Assembly: GCA_000934665.2 (NCBI GenBank)
Contig: KZ538976.1
Coordinates: forward strand, 1 to 37,811
DNA from: Catajapyx aquilonaris
Lineage: Eukaryota
Length of the DNA stretch: 37,811 bases
Direction: 5' to 3'
The stretch's first letter is position 1. The number at the start of each line of letters is the position of its first letter. Shown here one piece after another: positions 11,663 through 22,911 of this stretch. The notes beneath the pieces were generated by a model, which was not told where the DNA came from, did not search any database, and saw only the letters and a program-made list of their open reading frames with translations. The translations under genes and the position numbers were made by a program.

Positions 11663-14553
11663 TGCGACGAGAATGCAGCTTTCAAGTCTACCAGTATGAC
11701 CTTTGACCTCTATTTCTCTCTCTATCTCTCCTCCAGACGAATTTCTAGGAAAAGAAGCGATATGATGTACAGTCCTGGAAATAACGTCCCCCCCATAAAA
11801 AGGGGGTCAACAATCAATAAGGAAAGTGCAAATTTTTGTCCCCCAACTCAATGTCAGCACATGTGGCGCTCTAAACTTGTTTACGTCAAGGGCTATGCGT
11901 CTGATTTTTCAGCTGTCGCACTCTACAAACAAACGCCATATCCAGCTGATACAGTTGAATGCTACAGCGAGCATGATTTTGCACGTAAATTAAATGTCAC
12001 TCCGCACTTTTTGATGCGAATATTTGGACCCGACCATTATACGGCGGCGGTCCCTTCATCAACTGTCCAATCAGAAACCCCCGAAAATTAGCTATCTGGC
12101 TGTTTTTTTAAAATGATGGGACGAAATCAAAGACCTGAATTGTAACCTGGGGCTAACATTTTTGACGGTGGTCGAGCTTTCAGAGCAGCAAAAAAAAATC
12201 GGGCATCAACCCCTCATCGAAAAAATATTTTTTTTTTTACAAAATGGATTCTAACCTAAGGCTACGTTTAGTTGGGTGCATGTAACTGGAAATGGAAGCT
12301 CATCAGGGTCCCATTTCCAGGCCGCTATTTCCACATTACCCTCATAGCAGAAATCCAATATGTGTCTTTTCAAATTTGCTTTCCGGGAGCCCTTTTCCGT
12401 TGCAGGTTATATATCTAAGGAATAGAAGAGAAAAAAAATAAGGGGGAGGGTAGAAAATAAGTGAAATAGAGGCCTCTGAGTGTAGAGGAAGGCGTGTTCG
12501 ACCTTTAACGACTGGGGAGGCGATCTCCGGAACAATTTCCCAGCTCCGGATTGAATTCTGAGCGGGGACAGGGTTGGGTGGGTGTTCCGGAATGGGAGGC
12601 GAATCATGAAACTAATAAAACTGTCGTCATAAAAGAGGGGGCTGTGCAGCTAGGCCTCACTCTCCCTATTGCCACCACAATTTTCCCTTAACCAGCTTAG
12701 GTACTTCAGTTTTTAACGGGGCTAGAAACTATAGGCAAGCACAAAATGGCTATGGTGTTAAAGATTGAGCTGTGCGCGTCTCTTGCCCTAAGGGACTTTG
12801 AAGTTTCTTGGCTGATGTTGGGGGGTGACAAACAGATGGCGCTAGGATGCGTCTAAGTAGCGCCATCTGTTGGTTTGCTTGCTAAACGTGCGGTAGGCCC
12901 GAGAATTTTGCTTGAAACAATGGATGTGTAGATTTTAGGCCATTTTTGTTACATGAAGACTTGTTTGCCAATCTGGGTAATTCTAAGCTCAAAGGAGGTG
13001 CTACATATTGAGTGTAGGTGGCTAAGTGTCCATGCATAAATCAAGGAATGCAGCAGCATTTCTGAAGCAGCACCGATATGACTGAGACTAGCGGACTCTA
13101 GCAAATGCGGTTGCATAACTGAATTACAATGAGGTACCGGCAGGCGGTATACCGTGATAAGGAAGGGAACAAAGGGTCGTGTGGAGCCTGCCAAAATCCT
13201 ACTTCAACACCGTCGCGGTCCGCTGTTGTTCCTGCATTATATTCTGAGCTGTAGAGGGCGGTAACAAAGCTAGACGATAGTAATCCCACTGAATCCGGTC
13301 AAATACCCGTGGGCAACATAGCGGGTATGAAGGCTTAAATTTCTGCCGCAAAAGTTGCTGTCCCGTTTATTCAGTCTGCCATGTCGTACGGAAAATGATT
13401 TAATGGGCAAACCAAGGGAGGAGGATTTTACGGCTATTTTGTTTGGCAAATTGCTTGTGGGAGCGGAAACGTGATTACATCCAGTAGACATGTAGGAATA
13501 GGCCTACTTCCAAGGTGAAATGCACACTAGGGACGGATTTTTTGCCATTGTTACATACGGCTGAAGGCAACATTGTCCAGTGTAGTTTATGGCACAAAAG
13601 TGGTAGGATACCATGCAGATCATTACTCACAATATTTAACCATTTGGCAGCTTTGTTTGCAAAGTAAATCTCTGATCGAGATGCCCAGCCCGCTCACAAA
13701 CGAGCCATGAATATCAATAAGAACGATTAAGTCTAACCTATCAAAATTAATAGATCACAAGACATACAAATTCGACCTGGGTCAATATTTAAACTCGGCT
13801 TAATTGGCACAGCGCTGAACTTGTGCCAAAAATCCAATATTTTTTTCCAGCAATTTTCTGCCCAAACTTGATGGATAGAGAGGCTTCAAAATTCGTAGAA
13901 AGAGCTCATCCTGACCAGCAGCGTTGACTTTGAGTGCATGTCCAATATTGTACGGAAGCCAGGGCCCCGTGTTCACTTTATAAAATCAGGGCAGCCGAGC
14001 GACAAAAGAGGACATGCTTCATTGGAAAATGGAACGGAAGCCATCAGTAGTCGACAGGAGGAAAAGAGAGATAATATAGTATGTAGAAGAAGCAAAAAAA
14101 ATGTCAGATGGATATGAGTGACTGTAGGGTCCGGATAATGAGAAGTTGGAGGCATGTTAATGAAACGAGAGACGCCATTTTCAATCGGGTGGGATTAATT
14201 AGGCGCTTTATTGGGGGAGTTTAAGTGGCGAGTTAGGGTAATTAGCTCAAGAAGCGAACAGGGATTCTCAAGTGTTTTGGTGGGCCATTTTGGGGACGGA
14301 AAATCGAATCCGTGCCGTGGAGAGATTTTGTGCATATATTGCCCTATTTTGTCACAGTATAAGGGCAGCCTCTGAATCATCGCAATTTATAAGAATTTCA
14401 GTCGCATACACTAAAGTTCTGGTTTTACATCAAAGTTCATGCTATGTCAGACAAATACTAGACTTCAAAGAGCAACGAGATTACAAAAAAAAAAAACTAT
14501 AGGAAAGAGTCCGAGTATCTTCTGTTTTGCAGCTGAGAGCTATATCGGGCGTG

Positions 14554-15472
14554 CCGGGTGTGCCAGGCCAATTGTTTGGGAGATTTACAATGTTGGGCGC
14601 TCATATTTCACGAGCTTCCTTCGTATATATGTACAGTATACTTTTTTCTGCCCTCCTTCTACTTTTTTTTTTCTCTTGGTATTTTCCACTGCTGCGGATT
14701 CCCCCTGGTGGCCCTGAGAAGCCAGAGTTCTCCAGGGGCATCGCCCGAATAGATGAACTAAACCATTTCCCACTTTCAGTCTCAAATCAATACACCTCAC
14801 AGGATTTTCCTGGTGAATAAGTGGTTGGAAGAGCCGACACTGAACCTCACATTGCACTTGGAAAGCGAATAGCCTCTCATTTGTGGAAATTTTTTTGTGG
14901 GTTGAGGAAAATATGCGGAGGTTATACTCTCTCAAGAGGGGAAAAAGCTTTGCGGAGATGTCATGGGGGGTTAGCTTGTTATTCTAGCCTAGATTGGCAT
15001 CCTTGGCGTCTGTGCTGTCAAGGAGGTCTCCTGTGAGCTTTGTGAAGCTGAGGGTATATTGCTGCAAGGTGCTTCTAAACTGTAGAACCACGCGATTCAA
15101 GGGAGTAAAATGAAAAATGTGTAATGTCTAAAGGTGGTCCAGGCCGCAAAATGTTACAATCTATTTTAAATCACATACACAAAAAAGTTACATTTTTAGT
15201 GTCCTTCATGTGAATAAATGGCCTGCACCACATTTTTCATTTTTGGCCCATTTAATCTGGGTTGATCAATTATGAAACACCCTGTATAGATGTTGCCGCA
15301 TGGGGAGATGGGATGCTGCTTCTTTACACTGCTCGTGGAAGGTGATCGATGACCTAAAAATTATACGCATCATTAGCCTAAGGGTAGGCTGCAGTCTTTG
15401 ATGCCTGGCCTATTTCGACGAGGACCCCGTACTTGCGTTTTGAAGTGAATGCTAATTGGCCAGGCACACCGG
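14554..15472. mobile_element. Possible old Tc1/mariner-like non-autonomous element
   Basis: ccgggtgtgccaggccaatt (14554-14573) and aattggccaggcacaccgg (15454-15472) are near-inverted; an internal mariner-like end tgaaacaccctgta lies near 15273-15286. No intact TA TSD. Confidence 0.4.
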
Positions 15473-16690
15473 AGTAAACTAATAACAAGGAATCGGGTTC
15501 GTATATTGGATGGGAGAGTTATGATTTATTCGACAATTTCCGGGAGAAGGTGGTGAAACTCACACTTCAGTGAAGATCTAGTTCACTGACTCAATTCTTG
15601 TACCAGTCATTAATGGTATTTGTTAATTTTAACGACTATTTTGCTACAATTTTGAACAATTTAAATAAAAATAAGCTCAATCAACCATTTGTTTACATGT
15701 CAAATAACATGAATCGACAACGATGCTACCCAATTTTGAAACATATTCTGTCGATCTGCTGACCATTAAATGGATCATGTTTAGTCAACACTGTTTACAC
15801 TATACGAAACAATAAAGCTATACGATATAATTAGCCCCCCCTAGTGCAGGTGCTCTATTTTCTATGCAAAGAGTTACACCCCTCGGGCCTCTGCCACTAG
15901 GATTACACCGCATTCATGCCCATGTTGCGCATCCTGATCATTGTTTACGACATTCAGGGAAACAAAGTTGCATTAAACGAGCGGGCATAATACAGCCCAA
16001 GTGTGAAATGGAAATAGTCCTGCAAAGGCATAGAAAGCCTATGCCAGCTTTCTCCGGGTCGCTTGGGGCACATTAACAAACTGCGAGCATCCCGAGAGCG
16101 CAGTTTTTCCACCCAGAAATTATCCCAAAAAGTTAGCTCCTGTTCGTTGGAGCCTTAAAAGTTCATGCCCTGCAAAAATAATAATATAAAAACTAGGGAC
16201 CTGAGGGCAACCTCACGCCATTTCTCTTCAGGCCCGGTTTTTTTTTCTTCGTTTTAAGTGGCGAGATTTTCAGTGGGGTAGAAAAGAGACCCCAGGCGAC
16301 CCCTTTTTCAAGCTCTTATCCGATCGCAAGCTTTTAATTTGCAGTCCGTTGGGGGAGGATGGAAAAACTGCCGTAAACAGAGCCCTACCAAGTTTTCTCA
16401 TCTGTAGTCCAGAGAGGGATGCTGGGAGGAGAAAAAAAAGGCGGGTCTCGGTGCCAAGTGATCTGCTAGGGCGCCGAGTTTAATGAGTGAATAATTGTTT
16501 TTCTGCAGAGTGGGACAGGAACAGTGGAGGGTCGTTTGTTTGGAGGAATTGAGGAAAAAGAAAAGGGTAGGGGGCGAAAGTGTGGGGGCGATTTAATTGC
16601 GTGCGATTGTGTGTGACTGGAGCAAGATGGCGGACTGGCTTCAAATTCTTTCAAGATCATATTTACACTGCTTAGAGAACGAATGCTTCA

Positions 16691-16768
16691 AAATTGTGTT
16701 TTATTTATTAATATAATATTATTAGTAATGTTACTAATAATATTATATTAATAAATAAAACACAATTT
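16691..16768. repeat. Perfect AT-rich palindrome, 38-bp arms, 2-nt loop
   Basis: aaattgtgttttatttattaatataatattattagtaa-tg-ttactaataatattatattaataaataaaacacaattt. Confidence 0.95.
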
Positions 16769-18030
16769 GAATTTGATATTGTAGGGCTACAGTTCAGAAT
16801 CAATCCTTTCAAAAAGAAGTCCTGCTAGGCGTTATGAAAGCCATTAAAGTATTGGGCAACTATGCACAGAAGTGTCTAATATAGCTCCTGATATTAAATA
16901 TACGGTACTAAATGGACTATTTGGTTTAATTGCATCGCATGAACCATATTTGTCACCTTAAGATATAGCCTATAGAGTCGAACAATTTCGAGCTGATTTC
17001 TTTTGTTGTTGTGATGCAGCACTGGCCTTAAACAAAGGAGCAGGAAATAAATTAAATGAGTGGAGTGGAAGTCTGGAACGCAATAAGGAGTCGGTCGAAA
17101 ATTGGGTCGTAAGGTTTTACGAGGGCTCCCATTTTGAGCGTCGCCCTCAAAGCGCTTTGTGCAGGAAACACTCGTCATTTTCTTCGAAGCTCGCGATGGA
17201 TTAAAGGAGTTCGAAGATGTTTTCCTGCACATTTCCTCCGAATTAGGATGATGTTGAGTGTCTCAAGATCTCTCTGCCGTCCGTATCATATCGCGGATTT
17301 GGATTGCACCAGATCAGCAATCGCTGTTTGTTTTTGTGTCGAAAGCACTGTTGCACACTGTGTTGTTTTCCCCTTCTAAAGGTTCTGTAATTTGGCCCGT
17401 GACTGTGCTTTGACCTCTAGGCGCCTCTAGGTGTGACTTTGTAATATTGACTGATGATAGAGTACGCAAATAATTACTCATAAGTAACCATTACGTCCTA
17501 CACCAGTAGCCTGGGAAATATTTTGTTCAGCAGTGGATCTGGCGATCAGATTTATCGAAACGGTTCATTAGCAAGATTTTGAGATAATTACGGTATTCAT
17601 ATGAAATCAGAAGGTGATAAATGCTTATATCAGTAACATAATTCAGAAGATACAGTAATATTTTATACAGCTCCTCATATAGGAACTGTTGGAAAGTAAA
17701 TTGTTCGAAATTTAGAAGCTGCGAAAAATCTTCAAAAACAACACTTTTCTCTCCATTTTTACTTATTTTGAAACCGAATCCTCTGATAAAAAGTGCAACA
17801 TAAGCTTTTATGAGGAAGGAATCATTATCTCGACGCACGTGCGATGAGTCTAGACGCATCACACATTTATATTATAAACGAAGAGATAACAATAATAATC
17901 TCTCCGGATGAGTCGAGGGAAACGGATACGCGCCCTCAAGTGTGCATACTACAGTATATTTGCGAGAGTGGACCTGGTTTTCCTAAACGACAAATCTTCA
18001 TAGAAAGCACAGTCTGCCAGTGATTCAAAG

Positions 18031-18750
18031 ATGAATGTGATCTCCGTGCCACTGATTCTCCTTGTCGGTAAGTAAATCAACCTGCAGGCCTCCTATTTGA
18101 CATTTTGTGTCTCCAGAAAAATTCTTCAACTATGTTTGTTCTCATATTAGCAGCCGCAATCTGAATATATTGTCTTATATGGAAGTAGTGAAGTGAGACG
18201 GCCTTGACTTTGCTCCGATTAACATTGTGCTTATACCTCCATTTAGTTGTGGTCATTAGCAAATGCCAGTATGAAGAACTATACCACAAAGGGTTCTATC
18301 AGGCACTCGACCTAGTGGCAGCCTGTCCTCTAGGTTCCCCCGTATCTAAAGATATCCAAGCTGTCGGATATGCCCTGCTGAGCTCAAATGCGGCGCGCAT
18401 CAAGCGGGCATTTTGCAAGTACGTACCAATATATACACATTTCTGCAGTAAAGGGCGATGCCCCTTCATTATGTGAGATTGTCTCAAAAATAATTTCCTT
18501 TTCATATTCAGAGTATTGCTAGTAAACCGACTCAGATGCTTGCAAGACATAGCTGATGACGATGACTCTCCAGACCAGAATGCTGCCATGGTATCGATCA
18601 AATTGTGGAGTGTAAGTTTACTTATGACATGTTTAATATTGTCCTCTGTGCGCCTGGAGAATCATGGGTTTACTAAGAAAATAGTGATATTTCTTTCAGG
18701 CGGTGTGCGATGTTGAGGAATTTGGTGCGGATTCGTCATGCAGTGCCTGA
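18031..18750 (+). CDS. Small secreted Cys-containing protein, copy A1 (119 aa, 4 exons, no hydrophobic tail)
   Basis: Exons 18031-18067, 18247-18418, 18512-18611, 18700-18750, all GT-AG and phase-consistent: MNVISVPLILLVVVVISKCQYEELYHKGFYQALDLVAACPLGSPVSKDIQAVGYALLSSNAARIKRAFCKVLLVNRLRCLQDIADDDDSPDQNAAMVSIKLWSAVCDVEEFGADSSCSA*. AATAAA at 18859-18864. Same exon structure as paralog A2. Confidence 0.8.
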
Positions 18751-20193
18751 CCATAATTTTTCATAACCACGCTTATGATAGGATCAGAATGGTTATGAAA
18801 AATGGTATCTTTCATACGAAATTAGGCAAGTGCCAGAAGCTGGCACGGTACTTACTGCAATAAAACTAATTAACTCATATAGTGGTAACAAAACAGTTTG
18901 TAGTCTTCCCGTATTTTTCTCTTCCAAAACCTCCAACTATTGAGCATCCCACATCGTTTTTTGTTTATTGGTAGAAATAGACTATCTCTCGGGCTATCCC
19001 GTGAGAATGAATCGTAACCAATTTTGGACTGTAGCTGAAGTATGCTGGAAAACTGGCACCATGTGTGAAATATACTTTTAGCGGAAATAGGCTCCACGCG
19101 TGAAAGATCAAAATTGGTATGATTTATGATGATACCATACTGTCTTGGTGCACTACTTGTATTATAAGTATAGCATATAAAATATTGTACTACATGTAAA
19201 ATACTGTTTCAGCCTATTTTAGGCCATTTACGTTGTTTCAATACCGAAAATAATGGTCCTGGCTTTGCACTATTTTAAGGGGAACTTGTGGTAAGGATGC
19301 ACCACCACATCAAAGAGGTGAGTCACTCCTTTTAACATCGCAGTGTGGGTTTTTGACCTTTTCTCCGAACCACATTTTAGCACAGAAGGGATGATGATCC
19401 CATCACCATATCTGATGACACATCCTCATACCTAGACCACAGGTCCTGTGCCGTTTATGGAATGTCATGTGAGACCCAGAGGGTAATGGACCAGGGATTT
19501 TGACGTCGTTAACTACCGGTACCCCACTCAATAAATACTGACTGGTTGACAAGAACAGGGTAGATAGGTAGGAGAATAAGTAAAGACCGAGAGTTCAGTT
19601 CAGTTCGTTAGGAGAGTGAGTTACCAGATGTACCACAGACAGTAGCCATCACGAAGCCAGAAGCCATCGCCTGACCTACCGGTCACAACCATCCTGAAGG
19701 CCAGGATCAGACGACTCCAGGCCTAACTAGGCCCTACTTGAACGGAATAGTGGCCTAACGCTCCAAAACTACTAAGTGGGCCCTATTCATAACAATACCG
19801 TACAGTCATGCTAGTAATCCTATACTTAGCTAACGTTGAATGTGATAATTGAATGAACATTTCAGAAACTTTTTTAGGATCGCGGTCCTCCGTAAGTCAG
19901 AGCGCAACGCCAGAAGCTCATTCCATTTAACGTGGTAGGATATAGCATGATAAGGCACATGAAGTTTTTTTTAAAGCTGAATCCAGATAAAAAATGCAGC
20001 GTAACCTATTATAAGGTGAAATAATATTTAGCCACACTTGTACCACGAGATAACAATAATCTCTCCGGAAGAGAAGAAGGAAAACGGAAACGCAACCGCA
20101 AGGTTGCATACTCTATATGCGAAAGTGGACCTGGCGATTTTCCTCACCACAAATCTTCCTGAGAAAGAACAGTCTGCCAGCAGCAATTCAAAG

Positions 20194-20926
20194 ATGAAGG
20201 TGATCTCCGTGCCACTAATTCTCCTCGTCGGTAAGTAATAAATCAACCTGCTGGCCTTCGGCATTTGGTGTCTTCAATAGAATACTTCAGCTAAGTTTGT
20301 TCTTAGCAGCATGCAATCTGAATGGTCCTATATTGACACTATATCATGAAGTGAGACGGCCTTAACTTGACTCCAATTAATAATCTACTTCTGCCTCTAT
20401 GTAGCCGTGGCCATTAGCAAATGCCATGCGGAGCTATACCAGAAAGAGTTCAACCAGGCCCTCGACCTACTGTCACACTGTCCCGTAGGTTCCCCCGAAT
20501 CTGCAGATGTCCAAGCTGCGGCATATGCCTTGCTGAGCTCAAACAAGGCGCGAATCAGGCAGACATTTTGCAAGTATGTGTCAATGTGCACATTTTTGCA
20601 GTAAAGGGCCCAGCCACTTCGTTACGTGAGATTGTCTCAAAAATTTCATTTTCCATACTCAGGATAATGCTGGTAAACCGACTCAAATGCTTGCAAGACA
20701 CAGCTGATGACGATACCTCTCCTGACCAGAATGCTGCCAGGGCATCGATTAAATTGTGGAGTGTAAGTTATGGCATGTTTAATATTGGAGAGTGATGGAA
20801 TTACTAAGAAAAGAGTGATGATTCTTTCAGGCGTTGTGCGATGGTGCGACTTTGTCATGCAGTGGCAGACCAGAATTTTTCATAACCATGCTGATGCTGC
20901 CTATTGTCGCTTTCATGCGAAATTAG
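20194..20926 (+). CDS. Small secreted, putatively GPI-anchored 4-Cys protein, copy A2 (133 aa, 4 exons)
   Basis: Exons 20194-20230, 20405-20573, 20663-20762, 20831-20926: MKVISVPLILLVAVAISKCHA|ELYQKEFNQALDLLSHCPVGSPESADVQAAAYALLSSNKARIRQTFCKIMLVNRLKCLQDTADDDTSPDQNAARASIKLWSALCDGATLSCSGRPEFFITMLMLPIVAFMRN*. N-terminal signal peptide and C-terminal hydrophobic tail. Confidence 0.82.
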
Positions 20927-21301
20927 GCAAATTCATCAGAGACAGGTACTTACTGCAATAATAGTTATTCACTCAGAGTGACGACAAAATTATGTTGTCT
21001 TATTTTTTGTCTTCAAAACCACTAAATCCTTGAGCCCCTCATTGGTATAAATGGCTATCCTGTGATAATATTGAATGGTAACACAATAATTTATGGACTG
21101 TATAGTTGAAGTACGGGTAACCGGCACAAATAGTGAAATAAGATATTTTTGGCGGAAATTGTCTCAACTCACGAGAGACCGAAATTTTGTGTAATATGAT
21201 TGTGACATTATTGTCATACATGGCGCATTATTTCATAGTAGGCCTATAGCATGCAAAGTATCGTGCAACATGAAAAATACATATAGTGGTTATCCCACTT
21301 A

Positions 21302-22430
21302 CAAGGGAAGACCGTGACGTGCAACTAACGGATTTGGACAAAAATCGCTCTGTGGGTAAATCACATGCGTAGAATTCACTGGTGAACGTAAAAACCCACA
21401 CTTCGCAGCCATTTACGAGATATGAGCGACGTCAGATCCGGCGGGCTCAATGCTTGCATCCTCTTGCTCCCTTTTTAGACTTTTTATCATCACCGAAAAA
21501 AGTCTCTTAGAACGGCTCTGTCTGTCCGTCTGTTGACAGGTATCAGGGCCTCAACCGCAACAGATAGCGGCAAACACGGCTTTCCACTTGTAGTTCTTCA
21601 TATGCAGGGGAAGGTATCATCATTCCATGCCACTTCAGGTAATAATTTGTGTCAGTGTTTAACGGAGTCTGTAAGGCGCCCATCCTCGGCGAGAAAAACG
21701 TCTTATATGATAAATAAAGGGATCCAGTGCATACTGCTCATTTCTTGTGTTTATTATAACTAACTTATTAATATATTAGGCTAAAGCATGTGCCACATGA
21801 CATTGAATTGTAGTATGTGCAGCCAAAAGGCGGGAGGGAGAAGGGGACAAAACAAGATTGGCAAATCACGTGAGTGTGATTAGAATATACTTTTTCTCAT
21901 TCTTTCCAGTATGAAACTTGATGGGTAATAATTTTTCCCCAAAGAAAGTAACATTGACGATGAAGTAGTCTAATTCAAGTGTAATAGTACATTACTAAAT
22001 TTACAAATAGTTATAAATGATTACAGTAGAAGCCCTATTATCCGTCACGGGACTGGGGCATTGGTCTCAAGCTCTGACGTAGACTTGTGCGGATAGAGTG
22101 AACCCGGAAAACCGGAAGTGTCGGGTCACCGGAAGTTGGCCATGACACCTATTTAGGTCACGTTTAATCCGAATCCGAAAATCGTTTGCCGCTATCTGTT
22201 GCGGTTGAGGCCCTGATACCTCTCAACAGACATTTTTTCGATGCTGATAAAAAGTCTAAAAAGGGAGCAAGAGAGACTATATTGAGCGCGCCGGATCTGA
22301 CGTCACTCATATCTCGAAAATGGCTGCGAAGTGCGGGTTTTCACGTTCACCAGTGAATTCTACGCAAGTGATTTACCCACTGAACAATTTTTGTCCAAAT
22401 CCGTTAGTTGCACGTCACGGTCTTCCCTTG
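21302..22430. mobile_element. Non-autonomous DNA transposon with long TIRs (about 274/247 bp) and TTA target duplication (PIF/Harbinger-type TSD)
   Basis: Starts caagggaagaccgtgacgtgcaactaacggatttggacaaaaa; ends tttttgtccaaatccgttagttgcacgtcacggtcttcccttg. Arms 21302-21575 and 22184-22430; tta at 21299-21301 and 22431-22433. Confidence 0.85.
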
Positions 22431-22911
22431 TTAGTTTAGTCAAGGGGCGCAATGGAAAATCAGTGCATCCAGGTAAAAGGTAATATGGGAGGTAGGCAAA
22501 AAGTGTATGTAACATGTTTGTACAAAAGCAAAGAGTTGCTTATCAGTAAATGTATCATCTTGTAAAACCTGTTATAACTCTCGTGGTTAACAATTCTTCA
22601 CAACTAAACATTTCCGACAATAATTAGACAATAACAGCAACAACAAAAACCATTTACGATAAAAGAGGCTAGTTATAACAATACAGTCGTGTATTGTAAT
22701 AAAAATACTTCTTTGATTTTTAATTATAATGTTTTATTTAGCATTTAATATTTTCAAGAACAACCCTAATATCCCCCGAAGTTTCTGCACGTTATTTTTC
22801 CGGACCTTGTGTAAAAACGATTTTATCAACTACTGCCTTTTTGATTTCCTTCTTGAAGAAGAAATAAGACCTACTCTGTAAATAACATCCCTAGCTTATA
22901 ACAGAATACTC

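Larger units (their letters stand above)
17880..21280 (+). repeat. Diverged tandem duplication (about 17880-19205 vs about 20045-21280) carrying A1 and A2
   Basis: Colinear similarity in 5' flank (gagataacaataat..ctctccgga), exons, introns and 3' flank (tagcat...catg.aaaatac). Confidence 0.85.

Noticed and set aside
13098..13491. RVFDRIQWDY-like peptide reminiscent of a non-LTR reverse transcriptase motif
   Set aside because: Surrounded by stops with no other RT motifs; probably coincidence.
19287..19794. Possible solo LTR (TGT...ACA, about 500 bp) between A1 and A2
   Set aside because: No matching 4-5 bp TSD, PBS, PPT or second copy in the window.
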